Assembly: GCA_034667745.1 (NCBI GenBank)
Contig: JAXDQP010000062.1
Coordinates: 958-64,957 of the forward strand
Origin: Thermoplasmata archaeon
GTDB taxonomy: Archaea; Thermoplasmatota; E2; JACPAO01; JAHFTW01
Length of the DNA: 64,000 bases
Direction of reading: 5' to 3'
This document shows positions 36,351 through 46,400 of the stretch, one piece after another. The number at the start of each line of letters is the position of its first letter. The stretch's first letter is position 1. The notes under the pieces were generated by a model. The model was not told where the DNA came from. It was given only the letters and a program-made list of their open reading frames with translations, and made no database searches. The position numbers and the translations under genes were made by a program.

Positions 36351-37226
36351 TCAAGTCCTAAGGGAAAACTCTCTGACTTCCCTTCCCTGAACAATCCCCG
36401 TCTGGACCGCCATCGTCCCGCCGCTGGATGACTGCATCACCGCACCTCCATGTGCGGCAAGGGTGCCCGCGTTCCCAACGTAGCTCAACAGGACGGTGTC
36501 GGTGACGTTGGCCCAGACGGAGTGGCCCGCGTTGACCTGATGCAAACGGCCGGGTTCCGTGAACGCGCCCGGCTGGGACGCCGTTGCTTCGCCGCCTCCG
36601 ATGTAGTCGTACACATCCATGCCCCCGCGGAAAACGTGGTATTGGACAGCTGGAGGGGAAGATTGGTCGTCAATCTGGCCCATCAGCGCGCTGAAACCCA
36701 ACTGGGCAAACGCGTCGGCAACGGTCTGGCTGTTGACAATCAGTTCAAGGACGTAGAAGTCGGGTCGGGTGGTGGGGTCTGGCGACGCGACGCTGCTGGG
36801 GACCAGCGCAGGAACCCAGAACTCGGAAATCTGGAAGTTCTTCACGACGGTTTGATTGTCGAGCACGATGGAATCGCAGGAGAACAGGTTAAGGTTGCCT
36901 TGCACGAAGCTGCTGCCCGCCACAGGGTTGGGCGAGTAGCCTTCGGGGAGCAGTGCCTTCACCTTCGATGCCTCTGCCGTGACGTGCGTGGCGTAGCCGA
37001 AGCAATCGTTCATCTCGAATCGGTGCGGAACCGGGGGCGGGAGCGAACAGGTGGGCACGCCGGCCTCCGGACATTTCGGCGGCGTTGTGGTGGGGGACGT
37101 CGTCGGCGTGGGGCCGCTGGACATGGTCTGCGTCGGGTCCGGCTTGGCGTGGTTCGTGCAGCCGGCAAGCAGTACGACAGTGGCCAGCAGCAGGGAAGTG
37201 ATATGGCGGGGAGGAGGGCTGATCAC
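36351..37226 (-). CDS. lipoprotein, paralog-like to 58162-58950
   Basis: LLAGC lipobox, Thr/Pro linker, C...T.V.A....V..LLPEGY.P. Confidence 0.7.
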   Translation of the reverse strand: MISPPPRHITSLLLATVVLLAGCTNHAKPDPTQTMSSGPTPTTSPTTTPPKCPEAGVPTCSLPPPVPHRFEMNDCFGYATHVTAEASKVKALLPEGYSPNPVAGSSFVQGNLNLFSCDSIVLDNQTVVKNFQISEFWVPALVPSSVASPDPTTRPDFYVLELIVNSQTVADAFAQLGFSALMGQIDDQSSPPAVQYHVFRGGMDVYDYIGGGEATASQPGAFTEPGRLHQVNAGHSVWANVTDTVLLSYVGNAGTLAAHGGAVMQSSSGGTMAVQTGIVQGREVREFSLRT

Positions 37227-38950
37227 GTTAGGCCTCGGGAGCCGGCGGATTGGGTGCTGGCGGCGCTGGCAAAACGGGGATTGGTTTGCGGCAATAAACC
37301 CGCTTCCGCTTGAAGGGGCATGGCTTCACCGCCGGGCTTGCCCGTGAGCGCCCTGCGGGCATCCAGGAGCGCCATCGCCTGGGCGCGGATGGCCCAAAAT
37401 GTTTGGCGTCCGGCAGGAACGCGTTCGAGGACCCCTTGGCGTTCCATCAGGTGGATGTGGTAAGAAAGTCCACTCCTACCTGAGGTGTGCGGGATCTGGG
37501 CAACCAAGTCCCGGAAGGCAACGGGTCGACCGGCGTCCCGCAAGATGTCCAGGAGCGCCCCCCGCAGCGGATGGTTGGCGTGCGCCAGCACCACCTGGTG
37601 GAGCTCAGACACTTTGGCGGTCGCGCCGACGCCAAGGGGCGCGAAATGCTGGCGGTGGCCTTGCTGGTAGACTTGGATATGGCCACCTTTTTGGAGGATG
37701 GCGATGTGGAAGGCGAGCGTGGTCTTCCGGATGCCGAATTCCGCGGCAAGCTGCGTCGCGGTTGTCCCAGGGGATTCCTGAATCTTGCGCAGCATGCAAA
37801 CCCGCGTGGGATGATGCAGGGCTTGGGCGCGGTTGCGGCCCAGTACGACCAACCGAAGGTCACGGCCCAGGGATGTGAAGGCCAAAGTCAGCCACGCGAC
37901 GAGGCCGATTCCGCCCACGACTGCAAGGCCTTCTCCCAAGCGGGAACCGAGGACGCGCAATCCGTCGATGCCAAGGAACGTCGCGGTTCCGTTAAGGCGC
38001 CAATGGGAGCCGGCTCCATCGTAGGTTCCCTTCATGTGGAAGTCGCCAACAGCCTGGACGAGGCCAATGCGGGAGGAGTACCTGGCATCGACATCGGTGC
38101 GAGTCACATCTGTGAAGGCCATGTCGCCTCGGATTGCGCCGTCGAAGTCGCCCAGAAGAAGGTTCCACAGGCTTCCGCGGTCCTGATGGAGTTGCAGTGT
38201 CACCGCATTCGGCGAAGCAATCACCACATAGGTTTGGTCATAGACGCCCCCCGCCGTGTAAACGGTGGGTTCGTCGGCCGTGAGGCCTGAGCGCGGGGAA
38301 AAACCGGTGGAGATCTCGCGGTGGAGTTGGCCATTGTCGAGGATAACCCGAGCGCCGTAGGTAATGCCAAGGAAGGCTCCGGCAAGGGACTGGGGGCCCG
38401 GCTGGTCGCGGTGGAGACGTCCGAATGGAGCCTGGGCACGGGCCAAGGTGACGGGTTCATGGAGATGGTGGGGGAAGCCAGGTGGAATCTCAACGGACTG
38501 CATTCCGTTCAGGTTTAGCTGGAGGTCTTGGGCATCGGCCTGATAGGGCCGGAATTCGATGGTGGCGGGCGTCTGCTCAGAGAGGATTGTGACGTTCCCG
38601 GTGAATGGGAAATCCTCCAGCATTTGTTCCGGCAATGGAGCGTTTGCCTCCGAGTTTCCAATGGGGTTTTGGCGCGAGGTGGTGACCTGGAGGATGGGGT
38701 CTGTCACGACCTGGACGCGGGCGCCTTGCACGGCAAACGCGGCGGTGACAGTGCCGTTGTGCCAAGCCGAGTTGTAGATGACACCGTGCAGGGAAGCACG
38801 GCCTTGCAGGGTGCCAGTGAGGGTGAAGGTGCCCGTTGAATCGACCGTCCCAGCCAGGGGAAAATGGGACTCGGACGCGCCGTTCGCAGGCAAGGCCACC
38901 GCCAGGATGGCCAGCAGGAGCAAGGTGGACGACCAATGGTTGCCCGTCAT
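37223..38950 (-). CDS. membrane-anchored regulator: extracellular domain, TM, two winged HTH (ArsR-like)
   Basis: Signal peptide, TM LAVVGGIGLVAWLTLAF, HPTR..ML..I...PG.T...LA......TLAFHI..L, and second HPLR...LSYHIHLMERQG. Confidence 0.75.
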   Translation of the reverse strand: MTGNHWSSTLLLLAILAVALPANGASESHFPLAGTVDSTGTFTLTGTLQGRASLHGVIYNSAWHNGTVTAAFAVQGARVQVVTDPILQVTTSRQNPIGNSEANAPLPEQMLEDFPFTGNVTILSEQTPATIEFRPYQADAQDLQLNLNGMQSVEIPPGFPHHLHEPVTLARAQAPFGRLHRDQPGPQSLAGAFLGITYGARVILDNGQLHREISTGFSPRSGLTADEPTVYTAGGVYDQTYVVIASPNAVTLQLHQDRGSLWNLLLGDFDGAIRGDMAFTDVTRTDVDARYSSRIGLVQAVGDFHMKGTYDGAGSHWRLNGTATFLGIDGLRVLGSRLGEGLAVVGGIGLVAWLTLAFTSLGRDLRLVVLGRNRAQALHHPTRVCMLRKIQESPGTTATQLAAEFGIRKTTLAFHIAILQKGGHIQVYQQGHRQHFAPLGVGATAKVSELHQVVLAHANHPLRGALLDILRDAGRPVAFRDLVAQIPHTSGRSGLSYHIHLMERQGVLERVPAGRQTFWAIRAQAMALLDARRALTGKPGGEAMPLQAEAGLLPQTNPRFASAASTQSAGSRGLT

Positions 38951-39111
38951 GTTCCGGGGCTTCCACCCGTCAGTCCGTATATTTGTCTTGGCGTGACGGG
39001 ACTCCGATGGCGACAGCATGTGGCAAAAACCACCAGGCTGTGGTATTATGCCACTGACCCTTGGCTTGGCTTTGGATGTCTGGCCTCGCGACCGACACGG
39101 AGACCCAAACC

Positions 39112-40251
39112 ATGCATCGACCCAACACCCCACAAACCCCCCGGACCGCCGCCAAGGTTGGCGCCGCCATCTTTTTGGCCGCCACCCTGGCCGCCATTCC
39201 GACCTCGCAAGCGTTCCAAACTGTGCAGGCCAGGGACCAGGCGCTCGTCAAGGTCTGGAACACGCTTTGCAACCCAGTCCAGATTGCCGCCGCGCCGCCG
39301 AACGGGCCGCCAACTCCTGGAAACGGCCCACCTCCGCCGGGCGCGAACGCCCTTGGTGCAGGCTACCGTCCCGTCTATTGCCAGAACACGAATGACCTCA
39401 TCCGCTTCCTCCGTGGCGGCGGCGGGCCAGGCCCATGCCAAGGTGACTTGGCAGTGTCGAACCTCTGCGGCCTGGACGCGGACCCCCTTGTTGCCTTCGC
39501 AGGTGGCCTCGTTGGCAGCGGCCTAGGCTGCGCCCAAAACGCGCCTGGCCCCGACGGGGGAGAGGGCAACCTCGGTCTTCTTGATGGCATGGCGCAATAC
39601 AGTGTGGGCGGCTTCGTCACCTACAAGAATCCCTGCGGCGACCTAACCCTCCCCACACCGCTCATTCCAGCCGGGTTTGACTTGGGCACCATCACTACGC
39701 CCCCGTTTGGGGCGCCCCGATTCACTCTTGACACGGGGTGCCAACACGAGCCCGGGAAGGCGTTTGCGTGGGACTACAACTTCAACATGGCCTTGGACGT
39801 TGGGCTTGCGGTCTATTCCGGCCAAGCCCCGTTCTACCTGGCCGGCTCCTCGGTCACTCTCCACATCACGCCGACGACGTTCTCCGTCAACGGAGGCGGC
39901 GGTGGGGACACGGAGGAAGGCTGCGTGGGCACGGAGCTTGCAGACCAAGCCATCAAGGCCAACCTCCTGATGACCCAGGCCAACGCGTACGTGAAGGCCA
40001 AGGCATGGCCCGTTGACGGGGATGTCCGCTACCTCAAACTCTCGACGGGTGACTGGCTGCTGGACTTTCCCGGGCACGGCCTCGGCACCCTGGACTTTTC
40101 GGAGACGATTGCGTCCGACGTCATCCACGTGGGCACGACCAAGTTCAGCTTCGAGGCGACCTGGGTCGTGCTGCAGACCTGCCCGGCCACCACCACGGTT
40201 TGCGCCGGTGGCGTGGTTTGGGAACGCGGCGACAGCCTCGTGACAACGTAG
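39112..40251 (+). CDS. secreted Gly/Pro/Cys-rich hypothetical protein
   Basis: GGAG SD, signal peptide AAIFLAATLAAIPTSQA. Confidence 0.65.
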   Translation: MHRPNTPQTPRTAAKVGAAIFLAATLAAIPTSQAFQTVQARDQALVKVWNTLCNPVQIAAAPPNGPPTPGNGPPPPGANALGAGYRPVYCQNTNDLIRFLRGGGGPGPCQGDLAVSNLCGLDADPLVAFAGGLVGSGLGCAQNAPGPDGGEGNLGLLDGMAQYSVGGFVTYKNPCGDLTLPTPLIPAGFDLGTITTPPFGAPRFTLDTGCQHEPGKAFAWDYNFNMALDVGLAVYSGQAPFYLAGSSVTLHITPTTFSVNGGGGGDTEEGCVGTELADQAIKANLLMTQANAYVKAKAWPVDGDVRYLKLSTGDWLLDFPGHGLGTLDFSETIASDVIHVGTTKFSFEATWVVLQTCPATTTVCAGGVVWERGDSLVTT

Positions 40252-40388
40252 GCCGAGAGGGGTTCAACTCTTTTCCTTCTTTTCCGAAAATCTGGAGTTC
40301 CATGCTGCACCGTGAAGCCATTGTCCGCACGCCAAAGCCTCTGCCGCAGCGAAGCAAGCTTTATCTTCCTGCTTCGGAAACGCGGTTC

Positions 40389-41258
40389 ATGCGGGAATCG
40401 TCGTGGCGTTTCGGCGTTCCCTTGCTTTTTCTGACGCTTGCCGTCTCGGGATGCGCGGGCGCCCCGCACGTCAATTCCGGCGCTCGTTCCTCTCCCCTGA
40501 ACGAATGGGACTACATCCTCCCCCATCAGCACGGGGCCTATGCGCTTCGTTACGAAATCAGTGGTCCCAAAGACCAAGAGTGCCGTGGGCACCAGGTCTG
40601 GTACCAGGCGAACAACCACTATGGCATCGATCAGTTGGTCTACCAGGAAGGCGGGGACTTGGGCGGCTCCTACGGCGAGCCTGCCGTCCACGCCCAGGTT
40701 GGGCCGTTGCTTGACACGCGCGATGACACCGGGACGGGAACCATCAACGTCAACCAGACGCTGACCTTCAGGCTCGACCCGGCCCGCGGCGCCTACGTCT
40801 CCTATTTCGGCAACCTCACGGCTGCGGACCCCGCGTTCGCCGCCAACTTCAATCTCCCCAACTCGCTTGAGCTCCACGTCCGTTGCCCCGCGGGAACCAC
40901 CATCAAGCTGCTGGGCGTTGGAACGGAGTCCATGCCGGTCCTGCTTGGGACCCTGAAAGGCGCTGCAACCGCGTCCCAGAGGGAACGGTTCGGCAGTGAC
41001 GTGGTTGTCCAAGGCAGCGCAAGCAAGACGTTCACCTCCGCGATGGTTTCTTTCCGGCTCGAGAGCGTCTCTGGGCTGAACGGTGCCGGGCTTGTCATGA
41101 TGAACCACCCAGCGCGGCAAGAAGCCTGGCCGATGTACAGCCTCCTTTCCAAGGAGTTCACGGACGGGCCGGGCGACTATTCCATCACAATCAATGATGC
41201 GCGGCCTGAAGGCCATTTCTTTGCCATTGCCATCGGGTTCAACCCGCCTGAAAGGTGA
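40389..41258 (+). CDS. lipoprotein, hypothetical
   Basis: MRESSWRFGVPLLFLTLAVSGC lipobox. Confidence 0.65.
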   Translation: MRESSWRFGVPLLFLTLAVSGCAGAPHVNSGARSSPLNEWDYILPHQHGAYALRYEISGPKDQECRGHQVWYQANNHYGIDQLVYQEGGDLGGSYGEPAVHAQVGPLLDTRDDTGTGTINVNQTLTFRLDPARGAYVSYFGNLTAADPAFAANFNLPNSLELHVRCPAGTTIKLLGVGTESMPVLLGTLKGAATASQRERFGSDVVVQGSASKTFTSAMVSFRLESVSGLNGAGLVMMNHPARQEAWPMYSLLSKEFTDGPGDYSITINDARPEGHFFAIAIGFNPPER

Positions 41259-41314
41259 CCGGAAGTTGTTGGTGGCCACAATCGGTTCTTGGAGGTCGTG
41301 TGTGGCCGCTTCGA

Positions 41315-41388
41315 TGGGCCTGGCCGGAATCGAACCGGCGACCTGCGCTTTGTAAGAGCGCCGTCATGAACCCCTAGACCACAGGCCC
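41315..41388 (-). tRNA. tRNA-Val(TAC)
   Basis: GGGCCTG acceptor stem, GCGCT-CT-TAC-AA-AGCGC anticodon arm, GGTTCGATTCC. Confidence 0.93.
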
Positions 41389-41442
41389 GGGGCATGGGCC
41401 ACGCGGGGGACGCGATAAGCCATCCGCTGCCCGGGCGTCCGC

Positions 41443-42132
41443 CTAGTTGCCGGTGGGGCGCACGACGCCCTGCGTGTAGAGCAGGACGAGGAACGTGATG
41501 CAGAGCGTGAGGGCGATGCCGTAGGCGACCTTGCTCCAGCGCAGCACCTTGCGGCCGTCGAGCTGGCCGAACGGGAGGAGGTTGAGCAGGCAGAGGCCGC
41601 CGTTGGCGGTCGCGACGAGCGCCATCATGCGGGGCAGCGGGGCGTCGGGGTTGACGGCGAGGGCGAAGGGGAAGGCGATGGCGCCGATGAGGAGGTTGGT
41701 GCCGGGGCCGACGAGGCTGATGATGCCGTTCTCGCGGCGCGTCACCTGGCCCTGGATGACGACGGCGCCGGGGGCGGCGGCGAGCACGCCGATGCCCATG
41801 GCGAGCAGGAGGCTGATGATGAGGCCGGTGAACTGCGCGCGGAACTCGGCCCAGTGGCCGTAGCGCTGCGCGACGACCTTGTGCGCCAGCTCGTGCAGGA
41901 CGAAGCCGGAGCCGATGGCCATCAGCGAGTCCAGCAGGAGGGCGGGGGAGGGGAGGTTGTCGAAGCGGTAGGGGTTGCCGAAGCCGTCCTTGAGGACGAG
42001 GGCGAGGCACACGGTGAGGATGGCGATGGCGCCCGCGATGTGCAGCACCTCCTGCAGGCTGAACGTGATGCGGGGGCGCCCCGCGTGGGGCTTGGGCTGC
42101 GGGACGTAGAAGGGGTTGTAGGCGGGCCTCAC
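41443..42132 (-). CDS. site-2 protease (M50) family
   Basis: HELAH, GP.TN, NLLPFGQLDG. Confidence 0.9.
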   Translation of the reverse strand: MRPAYNPFYVPQPKPHAGRPRITFSLQEVLHIAGAIAILTVCLALVLKDGFGNPYRFDNLPSPALLLDSLMAIGSGFVLHELAHKVVAQRYGHWAEFRAQFTGLIISLLLAMGIGVLAAAPGAVVIQGQVTRRENGIISLVGPGTNLLIGAIAFPFALAVNPDAPLPRMMALVATANGGLCLLNLLPFGQLDGRKVLRWSKVAYGIALTLCITFLVLLYTQGVVRPTGN

Positions 42133-43280
42133 CCGAACACCCGGAAGATGTAGAGGCCGGTCAGGAAGTTGCCGACGATGGCGCCGAGGTTGGTCAGCGC
42201 CGTCACGAGGAGGATGCGCACGACGCCGTTGCGCCAGAACTCGCCTAGGGTCTCAATCTGCTTGATGGCCTGGAAGTCGGCCACCTTCGGGGTGCGGACC
42301 TTCGCCTCGACGAGGCCCGCGAACCAGCCGGAGGCCAGCACGGGGTGGAAGATCTTGGTGGGCGCCGCGACGGCCGCCGTCAGGATGGAGAGGGGGTGGC
42401 CGAACGCGATGGCCGCGCCCGCGGCCGCGCCGATGCTGGTGAACAGGATGTAGGCGAGCAGGCTGCTCTTGAGGTGCTCGACCTGGCTCGTCACCAGCAG
42501 GTAGGCGAGGCCGGCGGCCAGGATGAGCGGCAGGGCGTAGGCGAAGACGCGGCCGAACGTGACGCGCTTCTTCGGCAGCGTGAGCAGGCCCTCGCGGGGG
42601 GGAATCCTGCTCGGGGACTCCAGCAGCCTGCGGATGCCGGCGAGGTGCCCGGCCCCCACCACGGCCACGAGGGGGCCGAAGGCGGCGCGCTCCTTGATGT
42701 GGCTCGCCATGAAGGAGTCGCGCTCGTCAATGAGGGCAATCTTGACCACGGGAGCGAACTTGGCGAACTGCTCCGTCATCTCCGTGATGGCGTCCTGCTC
42801 CAGCAGCTTCTCGACGTCCACGGGCTCGCGCTGGCCCGGCGTCAGGACCTGCCGCATGACGTTCCAGAACAGGCGCAGCTTGGCCCAGCCGCCCATCGCG
42901 CCGAAGCCGCGCTTGAGGGTGATGGCGACCTCGCGGTCGATGAGGACCACCTCGGCGCCGACCTCCTCCGCCACCTCGACGGCGCGCAGCAATTCGGTGC
43001 CGGGGGGGACGCCGGTCTCGCGGCCCATGCTGCCCTGCATCGCCGACAGGTAGAGCTGGAGCAGGAAGAGGTGCTGCTTCTTCTGGCGGATGACCTGGAT
43101 GATGTCGGTGTTCTGCCACGCCTCGGGGTCGCGCAGGGCCTTGAGGCGGCCCGGGTCGAGCTCGACCAGGACCTGCTTGGGGCGCTGCGCGCGGATGGTG
43201 CCCTCGACCTCGGCCACGCTGGTGGCGCTGACGTGGGCGGTGCCGACGACGGTGACGCCGCCCGGCAAGGTCTCAATCAC
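42129..43280 (-). CDS. TraB/PrgY/GumN-family membrane protein
   Basis: VVGTAHVS..S, VELD..R, LIDERD, VAVVGAGHLAGI, C-terminal TMs. Confidence 0.9.
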   Translation of the reverse strand: MIETLPGGVTVVGTAHVSATSVAEVEGTIRAQRPKQVLVELDPGRLKALRDPEAWQNTDIIQVIRQKKQHLFLLQLYLSAMQGSMGRETGVPPGTELLRAVEVAEEVGAEVVLIDREVAITLKRGFGAMGGWAKLRLFWNVMRQVLTPGQREPVDVEKLLEQDAITEMTEQFAKFAPVVKIALIDERDSFMASHIKERAAFGPLVAVVGAGHLAGIRRLLESPSRIPPREGLLTLPKKRVTFGRVFAYALPLILAAGLAYLLVTSQVEHLKSSLLAYILFTSIGAAAGAAIAFGHPLSILTAAVAAPTKIFHPVLASGWFAGLVEAKVRTPKVADFQAIKQIETLGEFWRNGVVRILLVTALTNLGAIVGNFLTGLYIFRVFG

Positions 43281-43406
43281 GGACAGCGCACGCAAACGGG
43301 GGCACGATATGACGGTGTTGGATGGATGGCCGGCGCTGGCGGTCCACGCCACAACGCGCGCCGCCGTTGCCCATCCTTTAAGACCGGGCCTTCTGTCCGC
43401 GACGCC

Positions 43407-44012
43407 ATGGGAGCCATCATCGTGACCGGGATCCCCGGCGTGGGGAAGACCACGGTCATGGAGGCCGCCGCCAAGGCGCGCGACCTGCGCATCGCCGTCT
43501 ACGGCAGCGTCATGTTCGAGGTCGCGAGCGCCAAGGGAATCGTGCAGTCGCGCGACGAGATGCGCAAGCTCCCCGCCGAGACGCAGAAGGCCATCCAGAA
43601 GGACGCCGCCAAGCGCATCGCCGGCATGGGCGACGTCATCGTGGACACCCACTGCTCCATCAAGACGCCCACCGGCTACCTCCCCGGCCTGCCCGCCTGG
43701 GTCCTCACCGAGCTTGAGCCGACCGCCATCGTCCTCGTCGAGGCGGACCCGAAGGAGATCCTGCGCCGCCGCCAGGGGGACGCCACCCGCAAGCGCGACG
43801 ACGACACCCTGGAGGCCATCGCGGAGCACCAGGAGTACAACCGCCGCTTCGCCGCCGCCTACGCCACCCTCACCGGCGCCACCGTCCACACCGTCCAGAA
43901 CAAGGACGGCGGCGTCGAGGCGGCGCTGGCGCAGATGATGCCCGTCCTCGGCTCCGCGCCCAAGCCCGGCGCCAAGGCGAAGGCCAAGCCCGCCACCGTG
44001 GGGGCGCGCTGA
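43407..44012 (+). CDS. adkA: archaeal adenylate kinase
   Basis: VTGIPGVGKTT, RDEMRKL, VDTHCSIKTPTGYLPGLP. Confidence 0.95.
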   Translation: MGAIIVTGIPGVGKTTVMEAAAKARDLRIAVYGSVMFEVASAKGIVQSRDEMRKLPAETQKAIQKDAAKRIAGMGDVIVDTHCSIKTPTGYLPGLPAWVLTELEPTAIVLVEADPKEILRRRQGDATRKRDDDTLEAIAEHQEYNRRFAAAYATLTGATVHTVQNKDGGVEAALAQMMPVLGSAPKPGAKAKAKPATVGAR

Positions 44013-44701
44013 TGGCGGCGGCTCCGGCCCGCAAGGGCGGCGCGGGGAACTTCCTGAACATCATCGGCATCGTCGCCGTGTTCTTCGTCCTCTTCAACGC
44101 CGGCCTGCGCAACCAGCTCGGCACCTGGGCCGGCTACGCCCTCGACCCCGCCATCGGCTTCGGCGGGCGCTTCCCCGTCCTCACCATCCTGCTGGCGGGC
44201 GCCATCCTGGTGGCCGCGACGACGGTGCTGCGCCACTTCACCACCGACTGGATCGAGACCGCGCGCACGCAGGCGTTCAGCCGCCACTACCAGAAGGAGA
44301 TGATGGCGGCGCGCAAGGAGAACAACACCTACAAGATCAAGAAGCTCACGGAGGCGCAGCCGGAGATGATGAAGCGCAGCCAGGAGATGAACAGCAAGCA
44401 GCTCAAGACCATGCCCATCACGATGCTGGTCGCGGTGCCGCTGTTCGCCTGGGTCAGCACCTTCCTCGGCCGCCTCGACTACACGTGGTACTCCGCGCCG
44501 TGGAACCCGAGCGTGGACATGTTCACCACCAACGGCATCCTGCCGTTCGGCGCGCACGGCTCCAGCCTGTTCCAGCACTGGATCCTGCTCTACATGACGC
44601 TCAGCATCCCGCTCGGCGCGCTCATCCAGAAGACGATGAAGTACTTCGCCTGGAAGGAGCGCTGGCAGAAGCGGCACCAGCACGGGGCCGCCAGCCCATG
44701 A
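44012..44701 (+). CDS. DUF106/EMC3/TMCO1-family insertase
   Basis: TM - coiled coil - TM architecture between adk and cmk. Confidence 0.85.
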   Translation: MAAAPARKGGAGNFLNIIGIVAVFFVLFNAGLRNQLGTWAGYALDPAIGFGGRFPVLTILLAGAILVAATTVLRHFTTDWIETARTQAFSRHYQKEMMAARKENNTYKIKKLTEAQPEMMKRSQEMNSKQLKTMPITMLVAVPLFAWVSTFLGRLDYTWYSAPWNPSVDMFTTNGILPFGAHGSSLFQHWILLYMTLSIPLGALIQKTMKYFAWKERWQKRHQHGAASP

Positions 44702-45255
44702 GCGGCGCCCACGCCGCCACCGTCACCGTCGGGGGCCTGCCCGGCACCGGCACCAGCACGCTGTGCAAGCTGCTGGAGCAGGAGCTTGGCCTGCCCTACC
44801 ACTACGCGGGCGCCCTGTTCCGCGCGGAGGCGCAGCGCCGCGGCATGAGCCTCGCCGAGTTCGGCGCCCTCAGCCAACGCGACCCCAGCATCGACGAGGC
44901 GCTCGACGACCGCCAGATTGGCCTCCTGCGCAAGGGCGGCATCGTCCTGGAGGGCCGCCTGTCGGGCTGGCTCGCGCACCGCCACAAGATTCCCGCCTTC
45001 AAGGTCTGGGTCACCTGCGAGCCGAAGGAGCGCATCCGCCGCATCGTGCAGCGCGACGGGGGCGACGAGACGGCGCAGCAGGCATCCACGGAGAAACGCG
45101 AGGCCAGCGAGGCGGACCGGTACCGCCGCTACTACGGCGCCGACCTGAACGACCTCGCGCGCTACGACCTCGTGCTGGACTCCACGACGGCGACCCCGCA
45201 GGAGCTGGCCGCGCAGGTCAAGCAGGCCCTCGCGCGGCAGGTGGCCAAGGCGTGA
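44698..45255 (+). CDS. cmk: archaeal cytidylate kinase
   Basis: VGGLPGTGTST, AG.LFR..A...GMSL.EF, VLEGRLSGW, RY.RYYG. Confidence 0.92.
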   Translation: MSGAHAATVTVGGLPGTGTSTLCKLLEQELGLPYHYAGALFRAEAQRRGMSLAEFGALSQRDPSIDEALDDRQIGLLRKGGIVLEGRLSGWLAHRHKIPAFKVWVTCEPKERIRRIVQRDGGDETAQQASTEKREASEADRYRRYYGADLNDLARYDLVLDSTTATPQELAAQVKQALARQVAKA

Positions 45256-45262
45256 CCGAACT

Positions 45263-45352
45263 GAAACAGGGATTCCGGGGATTTCGGGGACGCTCGTCCA
45301 CCTGCCTAGAGAGAGGCGCCAAGCTCCCCGAAATCCCCGGAATCCCTGTTTC
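45263..45352. repeat. Inverted-repeat element type B (28-bp perfect IR)
   Basis: GAAACAGGGATTCCGGGGATTTCGGGGA at 45263-45290 and its reverse complement at 45325-45352. Confidence 0.9.
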
Positions 45353-45367
45353 GTCGGGGGTCAGGGC

Positions 45368-46393
45368 GTGAGCGCCATGCCCCCCGGTCCCGTCCGCTCG
45401 GGGATGCTCCCGGCCGAGCGCCCGCGCAAGCGCCTCGTCCGGATGGCCGCCGAGACCGACGACAAGTACGGCAAGCGCCCCGAGGACCGCACCATGGCCG
45501 AACTCATGGCCGCAGGGGTCGTCCCGCTCGACAAGCCCGCAGGCCCCACGAGCCACCAGGTCGCGGCCTGGATGAAGGGCGTCCTGGAGGTCGAGGAGGT
45601 CGGCCACGGCGGCACGCTCGACCCCAACGTGACGGGCGCGCTGCCGGTGACCATCAACGGCGCCGTCAAGTCCGTCGGCGCTCTCCTGTCGGCCGGCAAG
45701 GAGTACGTCAGCCTGCTGCGCCTGCACGAGCCGCGCCCCGAGTCGGAGGTGCGCCGCGTCGCCGCCCAGTTCGTCGGGAAGATCAACCAGACGCCGCCCG
45801 TGCGCTCCGCCGTCGCGCGCAAGCCCCGCATCCGGCGCGTGTACTACCTCGACGTCCTGGAGTGCACCGAGCGCGACGTCCTGTTCCGCGTCGGCTGCCA
45901 GGCGGGCACCTACATCCGCAACCTCTGCGTGGACATGGGCCGCTCGCTCGGGACGCGGGGCCACATGCAGGAGCTGCGCCGCACCCGCACCGGCCTCTTC
46001 ACCGAGCAGGACCTCGTGACGCTGCACGACTGCCTCGACGCGCGCATCTTCTGGCAGCAGGACCCCAGCGACGAGGTCGCCCTGCGCCGCTGCGTGAAGC
46101 CCGTCGAGGCCGTCACGGCGCACCTCAACAGCATCACCCTGCGCGACTCCGCGGTGGACGCCGTCTGCCACGGCGCGCCGCTCGCGGTCATCGGCGTGGC
46201 CAGCCTGGACGCCGGCATCGAGGCGGGCGAGCCCGTCGCGCTCCTGAGCCTCAAGGGCGAACTGGTCGCGCTGGCGGAGGCCAAGATGACGAGCCGGCAG
46301 GTGCTGGACGAGGAGAAGGGCATCGCCGCCACGCCCAGCCGCGTCGTGCTGCGCAAGGGCACCTACCCGCGCACCTGGAAGAGCAAGGAGTAG
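45368..46393 (+). CDS. cbf5: H/ACA pseudouridine synthase Cbf5
   Basis: DKPAGPTSHQV, GHGGTLDP, QTPPVRSAV, GTYIR, PUA domain. Confidence 0.95.
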   Translation: MSAMPPGPVRSGMLPAERPRKRLVRMAAETDDKYGKRPEDRTMAELMAAGVVPLDKPAGPTSHQVAAWMKGVLEVEEVGHGGTLDPNVTGALPVTINGAVKSVGALLSAGKEYVSLLRLHEPRPESEVRRVAAQFVGKINQTPPVRSAVARKPRIRRVYYLDVLECTERDVLFRVGCQAGTYIRNLCVDMGRSLGTRGHMQELRRTRTGLFTEQDLVTLHDCLDARIFWQQDPSDEVALRRCVKPVEAVTAHLNSITLRDSAVDAVCHGAPLAVIGVASLDAGIEAGEPVALLSLKGELVALAEAKMTSRQVLDEEKGIAATPSRVVLRKGTYPRTWKSKE

Positions 46394-46400
46394 GCGCGCC

